A stretch of DNA of 64,000 nucleotides. Origin: Candidatus Latescibacterota bacterium. GTDB taxonomy: Bacteria > Latescibacterota > UBA2968 > UBA8231. Of this stretch, positions 27,945 through 37,900 are shown one piece after another. The notes beneath the pieces are model-generated. The model had not been told where the DNA came from. It was given only the letters and a program-made list of their open reading frames with translations, and searched no databases. A program made the position numbers and the translations under genes. Location of the stretch: assembly GCA_965203175.1 (NCBI GenBank), contig OZ241867.1:768001-832000 (forward strand). Reading direction: 5' to 3'. Every line of letters begins with the position of its first letter. Within the stretch, counting starts at the first letter, position 1.

Positions 27945-29960
27945 ATGGGGATTAAGTTGTGGATCGCGCTTATAGGTGTTTTTGCCGGTTTTGTGCTTCT
28001 GGTGCCGGGGATGGGATATGTCGCATTTTACCTTTCGCCACGCGATCCAGATGCCATACAACGGGCAGCGGAATTTGAGGCTGTGATGGCGGATGTTGAG
28101 ATCCCCAATCGCCATCCCGAAGCAACGGGGACGGTGCATCGGGTGGCTGAATGGGCGGGTGGACGATTTGGCGAAGCGCCCCTTCTCGCTCAACGGGTGC
28201 GAGAAGGGCATCTGCCGCCCGTAGCGCAACGCCTGCCCGAAAATCCTCTAGTTATTGTACCGCCGCAACAGCATGGGCCTTATGGTGGGACGTGGACGCG
28301 GTTTGCCACTGGTCCTCGCGATGTGGGTATTGTCGAAGCCCGGTTTGCATACGAGGGGCTGGTGCGATGGGATGCGATGGCGCAGAAAGTGATCCCCAAT
28401 CTGGCCGTGCGGTGGGAGATTGCCGATGGTGGGCGCAGTTTTACATTTTATTTGCGCCGAGGGGTCAAGTGGTCAGACGGACATCCATTTACGGTCGATG
28501 ATCTGATTTTCTGGTATGAAGATGTGTTGCAAAATGAAGAGATAACACCTGTTGTTCCGCGCGATTTTAAGCGGGGTGGACAGGTGATGGGGTTGCAAAA
28601 GGTCGATGATTATACAGTGCGGTTCACATTTCTGGAACCCAATGGATTGTTTATCGTGAAATTGGCGTCGGGGCGCGGTTATGAGATGTTGCGCTATCCG
28701 GCCCATTACATGAAGCAATTTCATCCGCAGTACGCGTCTTTGGAAAAGCTCGAGGCAATGAGCGAGGCGGCGGGGTTTGATTTGTGGAGGCAGCTTTTTG
28801 CAGACATGCACGATTGGCGCAATCCGGATATCCCGCGTTTGTGGCCGTGGATTGTGGTCGCCCCACCGCCTGCGCGCCCGGCAGTGCTGGAGCGCAATCC
28901 CTTTTATTGGAAGGTCGATCCCGCTGGGAATCAACTGCCGTACATCGACCGCATGACTTTTGAGATTTTTGATGCAGAGACCATCAATCTCAAGGCGATC
29001 AACGGGGAGATGGGTATGCAGGGGCGGCACCTTCAGTTTCAGAATTATCCGCTGTTTATGGAAGGGCGAAAGAAGGGCGATTATCGGGTTGTGCATTGGA
29101 TTAATGGATCTGCGGGGTCAAATATTCTGGCGTTGAATTTGAATCACCGCGATCCGGAAATGAAGAAAATTATCGGCGATCACCGCTTTCGCAAAGCTCT
29201 GTCGCACGCGTTGAATCGCGACGAATTAAACGAGGCGGATTACTTTGGGATTGGGAAGCCGAGGCAAGTTTGTCCGCCGCCATCGTCGCCGTTTTACGAT
29301 GCGGATTACGAGCGCGCATATATTGAATACGATCCCGACCGCGCAAATGCATTGCTCGACGAGATGGGTTTGAAACGCGGGAGAAATGGCATGCGATTGC
29401 GGGCAGATGGCGTGCCCATCAAGCTCTACATTGAGACGACGTCTCTGAACAATCGCATTCTGGAACTGGTGGCGAGCTATTGGACTGCGGTGGGGGTGCA
29501 GTCAGAAGTCAAGGAAGAAGCGCGGCAGTTGTTTTACGAGCGCAAAAAGGGGTTGTTGCACGATGTTGGCGTGTGGGGTGGGGCAGATGAGCAGATCGCT
29601 GTTTTGGATCCGCGCTGGCTCGTTCCATTTAGCGATGAGTCTGTCCACGCGGTGGATTATGCGCGCTGGTATCGCACGGAGAAAAAACGCGGCGCAGAAC
29701 CCCCGGAGGATATTCGGCGGTGTATTGAGCTGTTTTGGGAGATTGAGAAGACGATTGACGAAGATGAACAGATCAGGCTTATGCAAGAAATTATCGATTT
29801 GAACCGCAAGAATCTGTGGGTTATTGGCACGGTGGGGGCATTGCCCTCGTTTTATCTGGTCAAAAATTCATTTCGCAATGTGCCCGAGGTCGCGATGTCT
29901 GGCTGGGCATTTCGCACGCCTGGGAATACGGCGGTTGAGTGTTATGCGATTGAGGAATAG
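27945..29960 (+). CDS. ABC transporter substrate-binding protein, family 5 (oligopeptide/oligosaccharide)
   Basis: LPPVAQRLPENP, YGGTW, PNLA..WE, KWSDGHPFT.DD, GNQLPYID; N-terminal membrane anchor. Confidence 0.93.
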   Translation: MGIKLWIALIGVFAGFVLLVPGMGYVAFYLSPRDPDAIQRAAEFEAVMADVEIPNRHPEATGTVHRVAEWAGGRFGEAPLLAQRVREGHLPPVAQRLPENPLVIVPPQQHGPYGGTWTRFATGPRDVGIVEARFAYEGLVRWDAMAQKVIPNLAVRWEIADGGRSFTFYLRRGVKWSDGHPFTVDDLIFWYEDVLQNEEITPVVPRDFKRGGQVMGLQKVDDYTVRFTFLEPNGLFIVKLASGRGYEMLRYPAHYMKQFHPQYASLEKLEAMSEAAGFDLWRQLFADMHDWRNPDIPRLWPWIVVAPPPARPAVLERNPFYWKVDPAGNQLPYIDRMTFEIFDAETINLKAINGEMGMQGRHLQFQNYPLFMEGRKKGDYRVVHWINGSAGSNILALNLNHRDPEMKKIIGDHRFRKALSHALNRDELNEADYFGIGKPRQVCPPPSSPFYDADYERAYIEYDPDRANALLDEMGLKRGRNGMRLRADGVPIKLYIETTSLNNRILELVASYWTAVGVQSEVKEEARQLFYERKKGLLHDVGVWGGADEQIAVLDPRWLVPFSDESVHAVDYARWYRTEKKRGAEPPEDIRRCIELFWEIEKTIDEDEQIRLMQEIIDLNRKNLWVIGTVGALPSFYLVKNSFRNVPEVAMSGWAFRTPGNTAVECYAIEE

Positions 29961-29970
29961 TAAAAGATAG

Positions 29971-30966
29971 ATGCTAAATCTGGTGATCAAACGCCTGTTG
30001 TGGATGATTCCCACGATGGTGATTATTTCGTTCATTTCATTCTCGATTATCCAGCTTCCACCGGGGGATTATCTCACGTCGTATATTGCAGCGCTAGGTG
30101 AAACCGGGGAGACGGTGGATGAGGCACAGGCTGCGGCTTTGCGGGCGCGGTACAATCTCGATCGGCCTTTTATGGTGCAATACTATCGCTGGCTGGTCGG
30201 CATGGTACAGGGCGATTTGGGGATGTCATTTGAGTGGAATCGGCCCGTGACAGAGCTGATTGGCGAACGCATTTTGCTGACATCTATTATTTCGATTGTG
30301 ACACTGCTGGTGACGTGGGCACTAGCGATTCCGATTGGGATTTATTCGGCTGTGAAGCAGTATTCACTGCCGGATTATTGTTTTACGTTTTTGGGATTCA
30401 TCGGACTTGCGACGCCCAATTTTTTGCTCGCGCTCGTTTTTATGTACATCGGGTATTCCGCGTTTGGGGTGAGTGCGGGCGGTCTATTTTCACCCGAATA
30501 TCAGAATGCAGCGTGGTCTTTTGGCAAATTTCTCGATTTGCTCGGGCATTTGTGGATCCCGGTGATTGTGATTGGTACTTCTGGTACGGCGGGATTGATA
30601 CGGGTGATGCGGGGCAATTTGCTGGATGAATTGCGCAAGCAGTACGTGATGACGGCCCGCGCCAAGGGCGTGCGCTACTGGGTGTTGCTGATGCGGTATC
30701 CGGTGCGCGTCGCGCTCAATCCGCTCGTCAGTACTGTGGGATGGGTTTTGCCTGGCATTGTGTCTGGGGCGACCATTACGTCAGTGGTGTTGGGTTTGCC
30801 GACGACGGGGCCGCTGTTGTTGCGCGCGCTTATGAATCAGGATATGTATTTGGCGGGCAGCATGGTGATGATGTTGAGTCTATTGACACTTGTTGGTACG
30901 CTCATTTCAGACATTTTGTTGTTGTGGCTCGATCCGCGCATTCGCTACGAAGAGGGGGAGCATTAG
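29971..30966 (+). CDS. ABC transporter permease (DppB/OppB-like)
   Basis: QLPPGD, TARAKG, LDPRIR motifs. Confidence 0.93.
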   Translation: MLNLVIKRLLWMIPTMVIISFISFSIIQLPPGDYLTSYIAALGETGETVDEAQAAALRARYNLDRPFMVQYYRWLVGMVQGDLGMSFEWNRPVTELIGERILLTSIISIVTLLVTWALAIPIGIYSAVKQYSLPDYCFTFLGFIGLATPNFLLALVFMYIGYSAFGVSAGGLFSPEYQNAAWSFGKFLDLLGHLWIPVIVIGTSGTAGLIRVMRGNLLDELRKQYVMTARAKGVRYWVLLMRYPVRVALNPLVSTVGWVLPGIVSGATITSVVLGLPTTGPLLLRALMNQDMYLAGSMVMMLSLLTLVGTLISDILLLWLDPRIRYEEGEH

Positions 30967-32103
30967 ATGGCTACGCCCATGCGGGAAGAGGTTGTAAAGC
31001 GAGATGCGCTGACCGAGGAAACGGGAGCTTATGCCGCGTCTCAGTGGCAGTTGATGTGGTGGAAATTTCGCAAGCACCATCTGGCAATGGCTGCGGGTCT
31101 GGTTATTGTCGCGCTTTATGTAGTGGCTACATTTTGCGAGTTTTTGGCACCTTATACACTCAATCATCGGCAGGTCGCATACTCGTTTGCCCCGCCCCAG
31201 CGTTTGCATTTTGTGTCGGATGAGGGAGTGCATTTCCGGCCCTTTGTGTATGGGATCAAAGGCGTGCGGCATCCGGAGACACTGCGGAAATTCTACGTAG
31301 AAGACCGAGAGCAGCTCTATGCCGTGCGTTTATTTGTGCGGGGCGCGCCCTATCGGTTTTGGGGATTGTTTGAGACAGATGTCCACCTCTTCGGCGTCGA
31401 TGACGGAGGTACGCTTTTTCTTTTGGGTACGGATCATCTCGGTCGGGATTTGCTTTCGCGGATTATTTACGGTTCGCGCATTTCGCTGACCATAGGGCTA
31501 GTGGGGGTGACGCTGAGTTTTGTGTTTGGTCTGGTGATCGGCGTGGTGTCTGGGTACTACGGGGGCTGGATCGACAATCTCATTCAGCGCGGGATTGAGA
31601 TTCTCAGGTCGTTTCCATCTATTCCGCTGTGGATGGCCTTGGCCGCGGCCCTGCCTTCGTCTTGGTCGCCCTTGCAGATCTATATGGGCATTACGGTTGT
31701 GTTGTCCTTTATTGGGTGGACGGGTTTGGCTCGGCAGGTGCGCGGGAAAATTTTGTCGTTGCGCGAAGAGGATTTTGCAACTGCTGCGCTACTTGTCGGC
31801 GCGAGTCGCTGGCGGATTATGACGCGGCATCTGCTGCCTTCGTTTATGAGCCATATTATCGTGAGTTTGACGCTCGCTGTGCCGGGCATGATTTTGGGCG
31901 AGACCTCGCTGAGTTTTCTCGGTCTTGGGTTGCGTCCACCAGTGACGAGTTGGGGCGTGCTGTTGAAAGAGGCGCAAAATGTTCAGGCTGTGGCTTTTCA
32001 GCCGTGGCTTTTGACACCTGTGGTTTTTGTGATTATTACCGTGCTCGCATTTAATTTTGTCGGCGACGGTCTGCGCGACGCCGCCGATCCTTATTTGCGT
32101 TAG
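30967..32103 (+). CDS. ABC transporter permease (DppC/OppC-like)
   Basis: LGTDHLGRD, ETSLSFLGLG, GDGLRDAADP. Confidence 0.93.
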   Translation: MATPMREEVVKRDALTEETGAYAASQWQLMWWKFRKHHLAMAAGLVIVALYVVATFCEFLAPYTLNHRQVAYSFAPPQRLHFVSDEGVHFRPFVYGIKGVRHPETLRKFYVEDREQLYAVRLFVRGAPYRFWGLFETDVHLFGVDDGGTLFLLGTDHLGRDLLSRIIYGSRISLTIGLVGVTLSFVFGLVIGVVSGYYGGWIDNLIQRGIEILRSFPSIPLWMALAAALPSSWSPLQIYMGITVVLSFIGWTGLARQVRGKILSLREEDFATAALLVGASRWRIMTRHLLPSFMSHIIVSLTLAVPGMILGETSLSFLGLGLRPPVTSWGVLLKEAQNVQAVAFQPWLLTPVVFVIITVLAFNFVGDGLRDAADPYLR

Positions 32104-32137
32104 GGGATTATGGCACGCGCAAAAGAGGCCGTGTGAT

Positions 32138-33145
32138 TTGGACAATGTGTTGACCATAAATAATTTGCAGACGCACTTTTTTCTCGATGAGGGTACAGTT
32201 CGCGCTGTGGATGGCGTCACGATGGATATTCCCCGGGGAAAGACAGTGGGTATTGTGGGGGAGAGTGGATGCGGGAAGAGCGTGACGGCTTTTTCGGCCT
32301 TGCGCTTGGTGTCACCGCCCGGGCGAATTGTCGAGGGTGAGGTTGTTTTGCTCCGTGCAGACCGCGAGATCTATTTGACGGATCTGGACGAGGAGGGCGA
32401 GGATATTCGCGCGATTCGCGGGCACGAAATTGCGATGATTTTTCAGGAGCCCATGACATCGCTGAGTCCGGTGCATACGGTGGGGTTTCAAATTGTGGAG
32501 GCGATTCGGTTGCACCTCAATTTGCGGGGCGAGGAAGCGCGGTCACACGCCGTACATATGCTGGATCGGGTTGGGATTCCAGATGCGGAGCGGCGGTTTG
32601 CACAATATCCGCACGAGATGAGCGGCGGGATGCGACAGCGCGTGATGATTGCCATGGCGCTTTCGTGCCGCCCGGCTCTGTTGATTGCCGATGAACCCAC
32701 GACGGCATTAGATGTCACCATTCAGGCGCAGATACTGGACTTGATGCGCGATTTGCAAGACGAATTTCAGATGTCGATTATGCTGATTACACACGATTTG
32801 GGTGTGGTCGCAGAAATGGCAGATGAGGTTGCAGTGATGTATATGGGGCGCATTGTGGAACACGCGGCGACCGAGGAGGTTTTTGAAAATCCCAAACACC
32901 CCTATACGCAGGCGTTGATGCAATCTATCCCGGGAATGAGCCGGGCGAGAAAGACGCGGTTGCAAACGATCAGGGGGTCCGTGCCCGATCCCTATACGCA
33001 ATTGCCGGGGTGTCCTTTTCATCCCCGATGTGAAGTAGCGCGGGACGGGATGTGCAATACAGGCGAAAGGCCAGAATTGCTCGCTGTTGGAAATGGGCAT
33101 GCGGTTGCGTGTGTGCTTTATGGAGAGGATGTGCGCGATGCGTGA
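32138..33145 (+). CDS. ABC transporter ATP-binding protein (DppD-like)
   Basis: [29 protein letters not shown]; TTG start inferred from RBS. Confidence 0.92.
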   Translation: MDNVLTINNLQTHFFLDEGTVRAVDGVTMDIPRGKTVGIVGESGCGKSVTAFSALRLVSPPGRIVEGEVVLLRADREIYLTDLDEEGEDIRAIRGHEIAMIFQEPMTSLSPVHTVGFQIVEAIRLHLNLRGEEARSHAVHMLDRVGIPDAERRFAQYPHEMSGGMRQRVMIAMALSCRPALLIADEPTTALDVTIQAQILDLMRDLQDEFQMSIMLITHDLGVVAEMADEVAVMYMGRIVEHAATEEVFENPKHPYTQALMQSIPGMSRARKTRLQTIRGSVPDPYTQLPGCPFHPRCEVARDGMCNTGERPELLAVGNGHAVACVLYGEDVRDA

Positions 33146-34151
33146 ACCTAACGCCCTGTTGCGGGTGCGCAATCTGAGAAAATATTTTCCCATTACGCGC
33201 GGTTTTTTCAATACGGTTGTCGGTCAGGTCAAAGCCGTAGATGGCGTGAGCTTTGATTTGTTTGCAGGCGAGTGCTTGGGGCTGGTTGGGGAAAGCGGAT
33301 CGGGTAAAACAACGGTTGGGCGCACGATTTTGCGGGCGCTAGCACCCACGGCTGGCGAGGTGTGGTTCCGCAGAGATAGCGAGGAGGTCGATGTTGCACG
33401 GGCACTCCACGATGTGCTCAAGTCGCTGCGTCGAGATATGCAGATGATTTTTCAAGACCCCTACGCCTCTTTGAATCCGCGTATGACGGTGCTCGATATT
33501 ATCGGTGAACCGCTGCTGGTCAATGGGGTTGCAGATCGCCGCGAACGGGAGGCGCGCGTGCGGGAATTGCTCGTTCAGGTGGGGTTGAATCCCCATTTTT
33601 TGCGGCGGTATCCACACGCTTTTAGCGGGGGGCAGCGGCAGCGCATTGGCATTGCGAGGGCACTGGCACTGCATCCCAAATTGATCGTGGCGGATGAACC
33701 CGTTTCCGCGCTGGATGTCTCTGTGCAGGCGCAGGTGCTCAATTTGCTTCAGGAGTTGCAAGAAAAGTTCGGGTTGACCTATTTGTTTGTCGCGCACGAT
33801 TTGAGTGTGGTGCGTCATATTTCCGATCGCGTGGCCGTGATGTACGTGGGTAAAATTGTGGAATTGGCTCCGGTTGATCAGCTTTTTCAAAGTCCCGCGC
33901 ATCCCTATACCGAAGCACTCTTGTCGGCGGTGCCCAATCCAAATCCCAGACAAAAGAAGAAGCGCGTTTTGCTGTCTGGCGAGGTGGCCGATCCCGGCGA
34001 TACGCCTTCGGGTTGTGCGTTTCATCCGCGCTGCCCTTATGCTGAGGATCGATGCAAGTGGGAAGTTCCCGAATTGCGCGAGATCGCGCCAAAGCATGCG
34101 GTGCGCTGTCATTTGAGCGATTCATTGCAGTTGGAAGGCATGGCGGATTAG
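33138..34151 (+). CDS. ABC transporter ATP-binding protein (DppF-like)
   Basis: [29 protein letters not shown]. Confidence 0.93.
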   Translation: MREPNALLRVRNLRKYFPITRGFFNTVVGQVKAVDGVSFDLFAGECLGLVGESGSGKTTVGRTILRALAPTAGEVWFRRDSEEVDVARALHDVLKSLRRDMQMIFQDPYASLNPRMTVLDIIGEPLLVNGVADRREREARVRELLVQVGLNPHFLRRYPHAFSGGQRQRIGIARALALHPKLIVADEPVSALDVSVQAQVLNLLQELQEKFGLTYLFVAHDLSVVRHISDRVAVMYVGKIVELAPVDQLFQSPAHPYTEALLSAVPNPNPRQKKKRVLLSGEVADPGDTPSGCAFHPRCPYAEDRCKWEVPELREIAPKHAVRCHLSDSLQLEGMAD

Positions 34152-34185
34152 GGATGGAGTGTTGCTATCAAGAGCCGCCTTCCTC

Positions 34186-34824
34186 TCACAATATCCCGTA
34201 GCGATCAAAAACCTCCCTCGGCGACTGCCCCGCAGCCAATTCATCGCGCACGACGTTTTCCCCGGCGAGCTTTTCCATGGCCTTCTTGTGGACTTCGCCT
34301 TTAATCGCCGTCGGAATCACCGCCACGCCGTCGTAGTCAGCTAAAATAAAATCGCCAGGGTGAACCTGCGCGCCGCCGCAGGTGATGGGCTGGTTGATCG
34401 TTTTAGCCAGGATACGGCCCGCCGAGTCGAGCGGCGAATAGCCTTTGCAGAAGCAGTGGTAGCCCATGGCGTTCATCTGGCGCACATCGCGGACCAAGCC
34501 GTCGGTGAGCACGGATTCGACGCCGCGAGCTTGGGCAGCCGTGGAGAGAAGCTCGCCCCAGAGGCCGGAGCGCTCTTCGCCGTTAGTCGCAATGACGAAA
34601 ACGTCGCCGGGGCTAGCTTGATCGTAGGCGGCAAAAATTTGACCGTAAGGATCGGGGTCGGGACTGGCATCGGCGTACGCGTCGATGGTGAGCGCCGGAC
34701 CGGCGATGAAGGCGTCAGGGCGGCTGGGCCGGATATCGGGCGTCATGGCCTGATCGCGGTAGCCGAGTTGGTCCATGATGTCGGTGACTAAAGCCGAGTA
34801 GATAGGCTTCCATTCGTCGTACAT
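34186..34824 (-). CDS. RraA / HMG-aldolase family protein
   Basis: WGELLSTAA, DGLVRDV, V.PGD.I.AD.DG motifs. Confidence 0.85.
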   Translation of the reverse strand: MYDEWKPIYSALVTDIMDQLGYRDQAMTPDIRPSRPDAFIAGPALTIDAYADASPDPDPYGQIFAAYDQASPGDVFVIATNGEERSGLWGELLSTAAQARGVESVLTDGLVRDVRQMNAMGYHCFCKGYSPLDSAGRILAKTINQPITCGGAQVHPGDFILADYDGVAVIPTAIKGEVHKKAMEKLAGENVVRDELAAGQSPREVFDRYGIL

Positions 34825-34842
34825 TTTTAGTCTCCTAGTTCC

Positions 34843-34876
34843 TAGCATTCCTCCAACAGTTGTTGGAGGAATGCTA
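34843..34876. repeat. Perfect 16-bp-arm palindrome at the downstream border of the low-GC defence gene
   Basis: TAGCATTCCTCCAACA-GT-TGTTGGAGGAATGCTA. Confidence 0.9.
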
Positions 34877-34912
34877 CTCCTTATGATTGCGATCTCCATT
34901 CACTGTTCTATA

Positions 34913-37900
34913 TCACCGTTCGTATTCATTCAGATCTGTGCGAATAGCGTAACTTTTTTCAAGACACATCTGATCTATCAGATCAAGGCATTTAGCTGCC
35001 CATTCATCACTTTGATGTTGGTGGTATGTTCGTAAAATCAACTTTGACACCATCGGAACATCACCTGCCCGACTCGTACGCATATCATTCGCCTCTTCGA
35101 TAAACCGTTCGAGAAATTTTTTACATACAATATACGTAATGCCAGGTAATCGGTAAGAAGATTCCTCAAGAAGGTGAAGTAAGGAAAACGAGTTTTCTTG
35201 ATAGGCTGCACTATCGCAAAACTTGACTATCAGATTCTCGTAGAATTCTAGAGGTTGTTTTTCCAAATTTCGGAAGCACTCTGCAGCTTTTCGACGAACC
35301 TCAATATCATCGTCATCAAAAAACAGCAGAAGTTTTTGCCCTGACCATTGCCGGTACTCCTCTTGGCCGATGTTGGCAGATGCCACTTGAGCCACCCCTA
35401 CTCTCTGTGACGAGTTGCCACGGAGTGCTTCTTCCACAAGATCCTCGGCATCGTCGCGCTGAAGGAGCAAAGCAATGCTCACCAATCGAGCACCTCCCTC
35501 ACTTGCTTCAGGAAGATTTGATCGAAGCATTCTCTCTATGACGGTTCTAAGGTCTTCGAAGTGCTCGTGCAGGCCGTAACGAATAAAATGCCCTATGTAT
35601 GGGGTTGTCAGTAAACGGTCGTCGCTATGTTGGTTGTCCCGAGATTCGATGAGACTGAGAAACTGCCTTAAAGCAAATCTCGATTCCTGACCGAGAATAG
35701 CTAAAAGAATAGAACTTGTACAAGCCCGAACGGCCAAACTGTTGTCGTTGACCAACTGGTCAATAGTAGGACGAAAGCGATCGATGTATGATCTATTTCG
35801 TTGTATAAGATTACGAATGGCCTCAGCAGCGTGGCCACGTGTTGTATTGATACCATGTGTAAGAATATCACCTCCTCCGCTCGTGGCTTCTTCACTCCAC
35901 AACTCTTTATCCGGATCCGAATTGGTTGCCAGCCAGTCGAGCATCTGCACAGCATCATCGGGAAGTGGTTCTTCAATTAATCCCAATAGGTCTGTAATCG
36001 CTTTCCCACAACTATCGCGGTATTCATTATACGCCTTGCGACACACTTCTAATTTGAGTTCGATAGAGCACTCTGTCTCTTTCAGACCATTGAGGGTATG
36101 CTCTATGTAGGAGGGATGGGTACCCAACGGAAATCTAAGGCTCAAGCGGGCAAATCTTTCCGGCTCTTGCTTCACGAACTCCTGTAACATCTGGGCAAGC
36201 TCCGGCGCTCCACCCTTTTCAGGATTCTCCCAAAGGTATTTTCTCTCTTCTGAATCATATTCTTGGATTGCTCTTAGCCATTGCTCATCTGTCATTCTCT
36301 CTGCGGCTATCTTTTCAATTGGGGAGCCTACTTGATACACTTCTAATCTTCGCGGAGAGGAATCTGGTGATCTAAATTTTCGTTCAAGTTCCATATAACG
36401 GCTCTGAGCATTCCTGCTCCTCAATTCAACTGGAATGCTAGACAGTAGATTAAAACAGGCATGTCCTCTCCGCTTGTACCCTTCAGGAGTGCGCTCCCAA
36501 GGTGAGATGTAATCCAGAATAGCCTTTTCGAGCTTTGTACAGTTCTCACCGGAACAAAGCGGAGTAGCTGCTTCTATTAATTGCATCGCTATCCAATAAG
36601 GGTTATCGGAGTATCCGCATTGAAATCGCCAAGTCTTGTCGCATAGGTCGGACACAGCTTCATTGGCAAAGTGCTTAGCACCTACTGTATAAGCACGAAG
36701 CAGGAGAAAATTTGCTAGATAGGTATCACGGCTACGTAGCTCTGCAAGAATCTTGCCAATACTATCTGACCTAGTCTCGGCTAGCTTCTCTACTGCTATA
36801 GCGGCTACATCCCTGCATGTTCCACGGATTGAAACACTTTCGCCGTTAATCAAGTGCCCCCAAACAGCATCCCGCTTGGGGACGGTGGAATTTTCCCTAT
36901 AGACGGCTTCATCAGCAATTTTTAGAATTACAGGTAGGACATGCTGTGCAAACTCTTCAGGAGCCTTGATTGCAGAGTCGTGTATAAGTTTTGGTCCAAA
37001 ACCGTCATGGTTGAACAGATCATTCCAGTTAGGTTCACCTGTACCATCCTGAGCCGCTCGAATAACGGAAAGACATCTTTGTAGCCAATGAGCAGTTACT
37101 TCGACAATCCAATCAGGACGTGTCTTATCGAGTCCATACATCATGCTCCAAAACGTGCTATTGACTGCGATCGGTCCAACTGCATTGTCCAAAGTTCCAT
37201 CGTCAATCAGATTCAAAAATAAATCAAAGAACCTTCGACTATTTTCAAGAGTAGCCCATTGCATAACGTAACTTAACCGCTGAGGCCATTCGCCTCCTTT
37301 TCCTACGAATGGCTCAAGGAGTTCAGCGACTCTGTCCCCTGAGTGTTCCTGATGAAATCGAGTATAGTTCACTCCCATGTTGACTAGACCGTTGTTCTCG
37401 GATGTAAGCCAATCTACAATCAGACCTTTTTCATCCGTAATCTGAAACCAATTCTGAGACATATGAAAACGGTTCCAAACCAAAGACGCGAATTTGTCTG
37501 TATTTGGTCTGTTGCTCTTAATTGCCTCAAGTTCAGATTCGATCCATGGTGAAATTACGTTCCATTCACCTTCTTCTGGATTAGGCATCGAAAAGGCGAG
37601 AGCAATGGCAAGGTCCTTCAAATGGTACCTAATCCTTTCGTCTCTCAATAATCCACTGAGTTCTCTACAATACCACCCTCGATCAGCATCACTAAGATAA
37701 ACGAGGACTTGCCGCACCTGTGCTCTGCGAAATAGATGTTGTTCTGATGGCACAAGGAATGACACCAATGAATCTCCCCTTGCCATGAAGGCGCGGGCGA
37801 AGCAGTAATCGAAAAAAGTCTCATGGCCGAATCCATAACTCCTTCCATCAAACGAAAGCACTCCCTCTGACGCCATCTGGACAAGACAATCATTCGGGAA

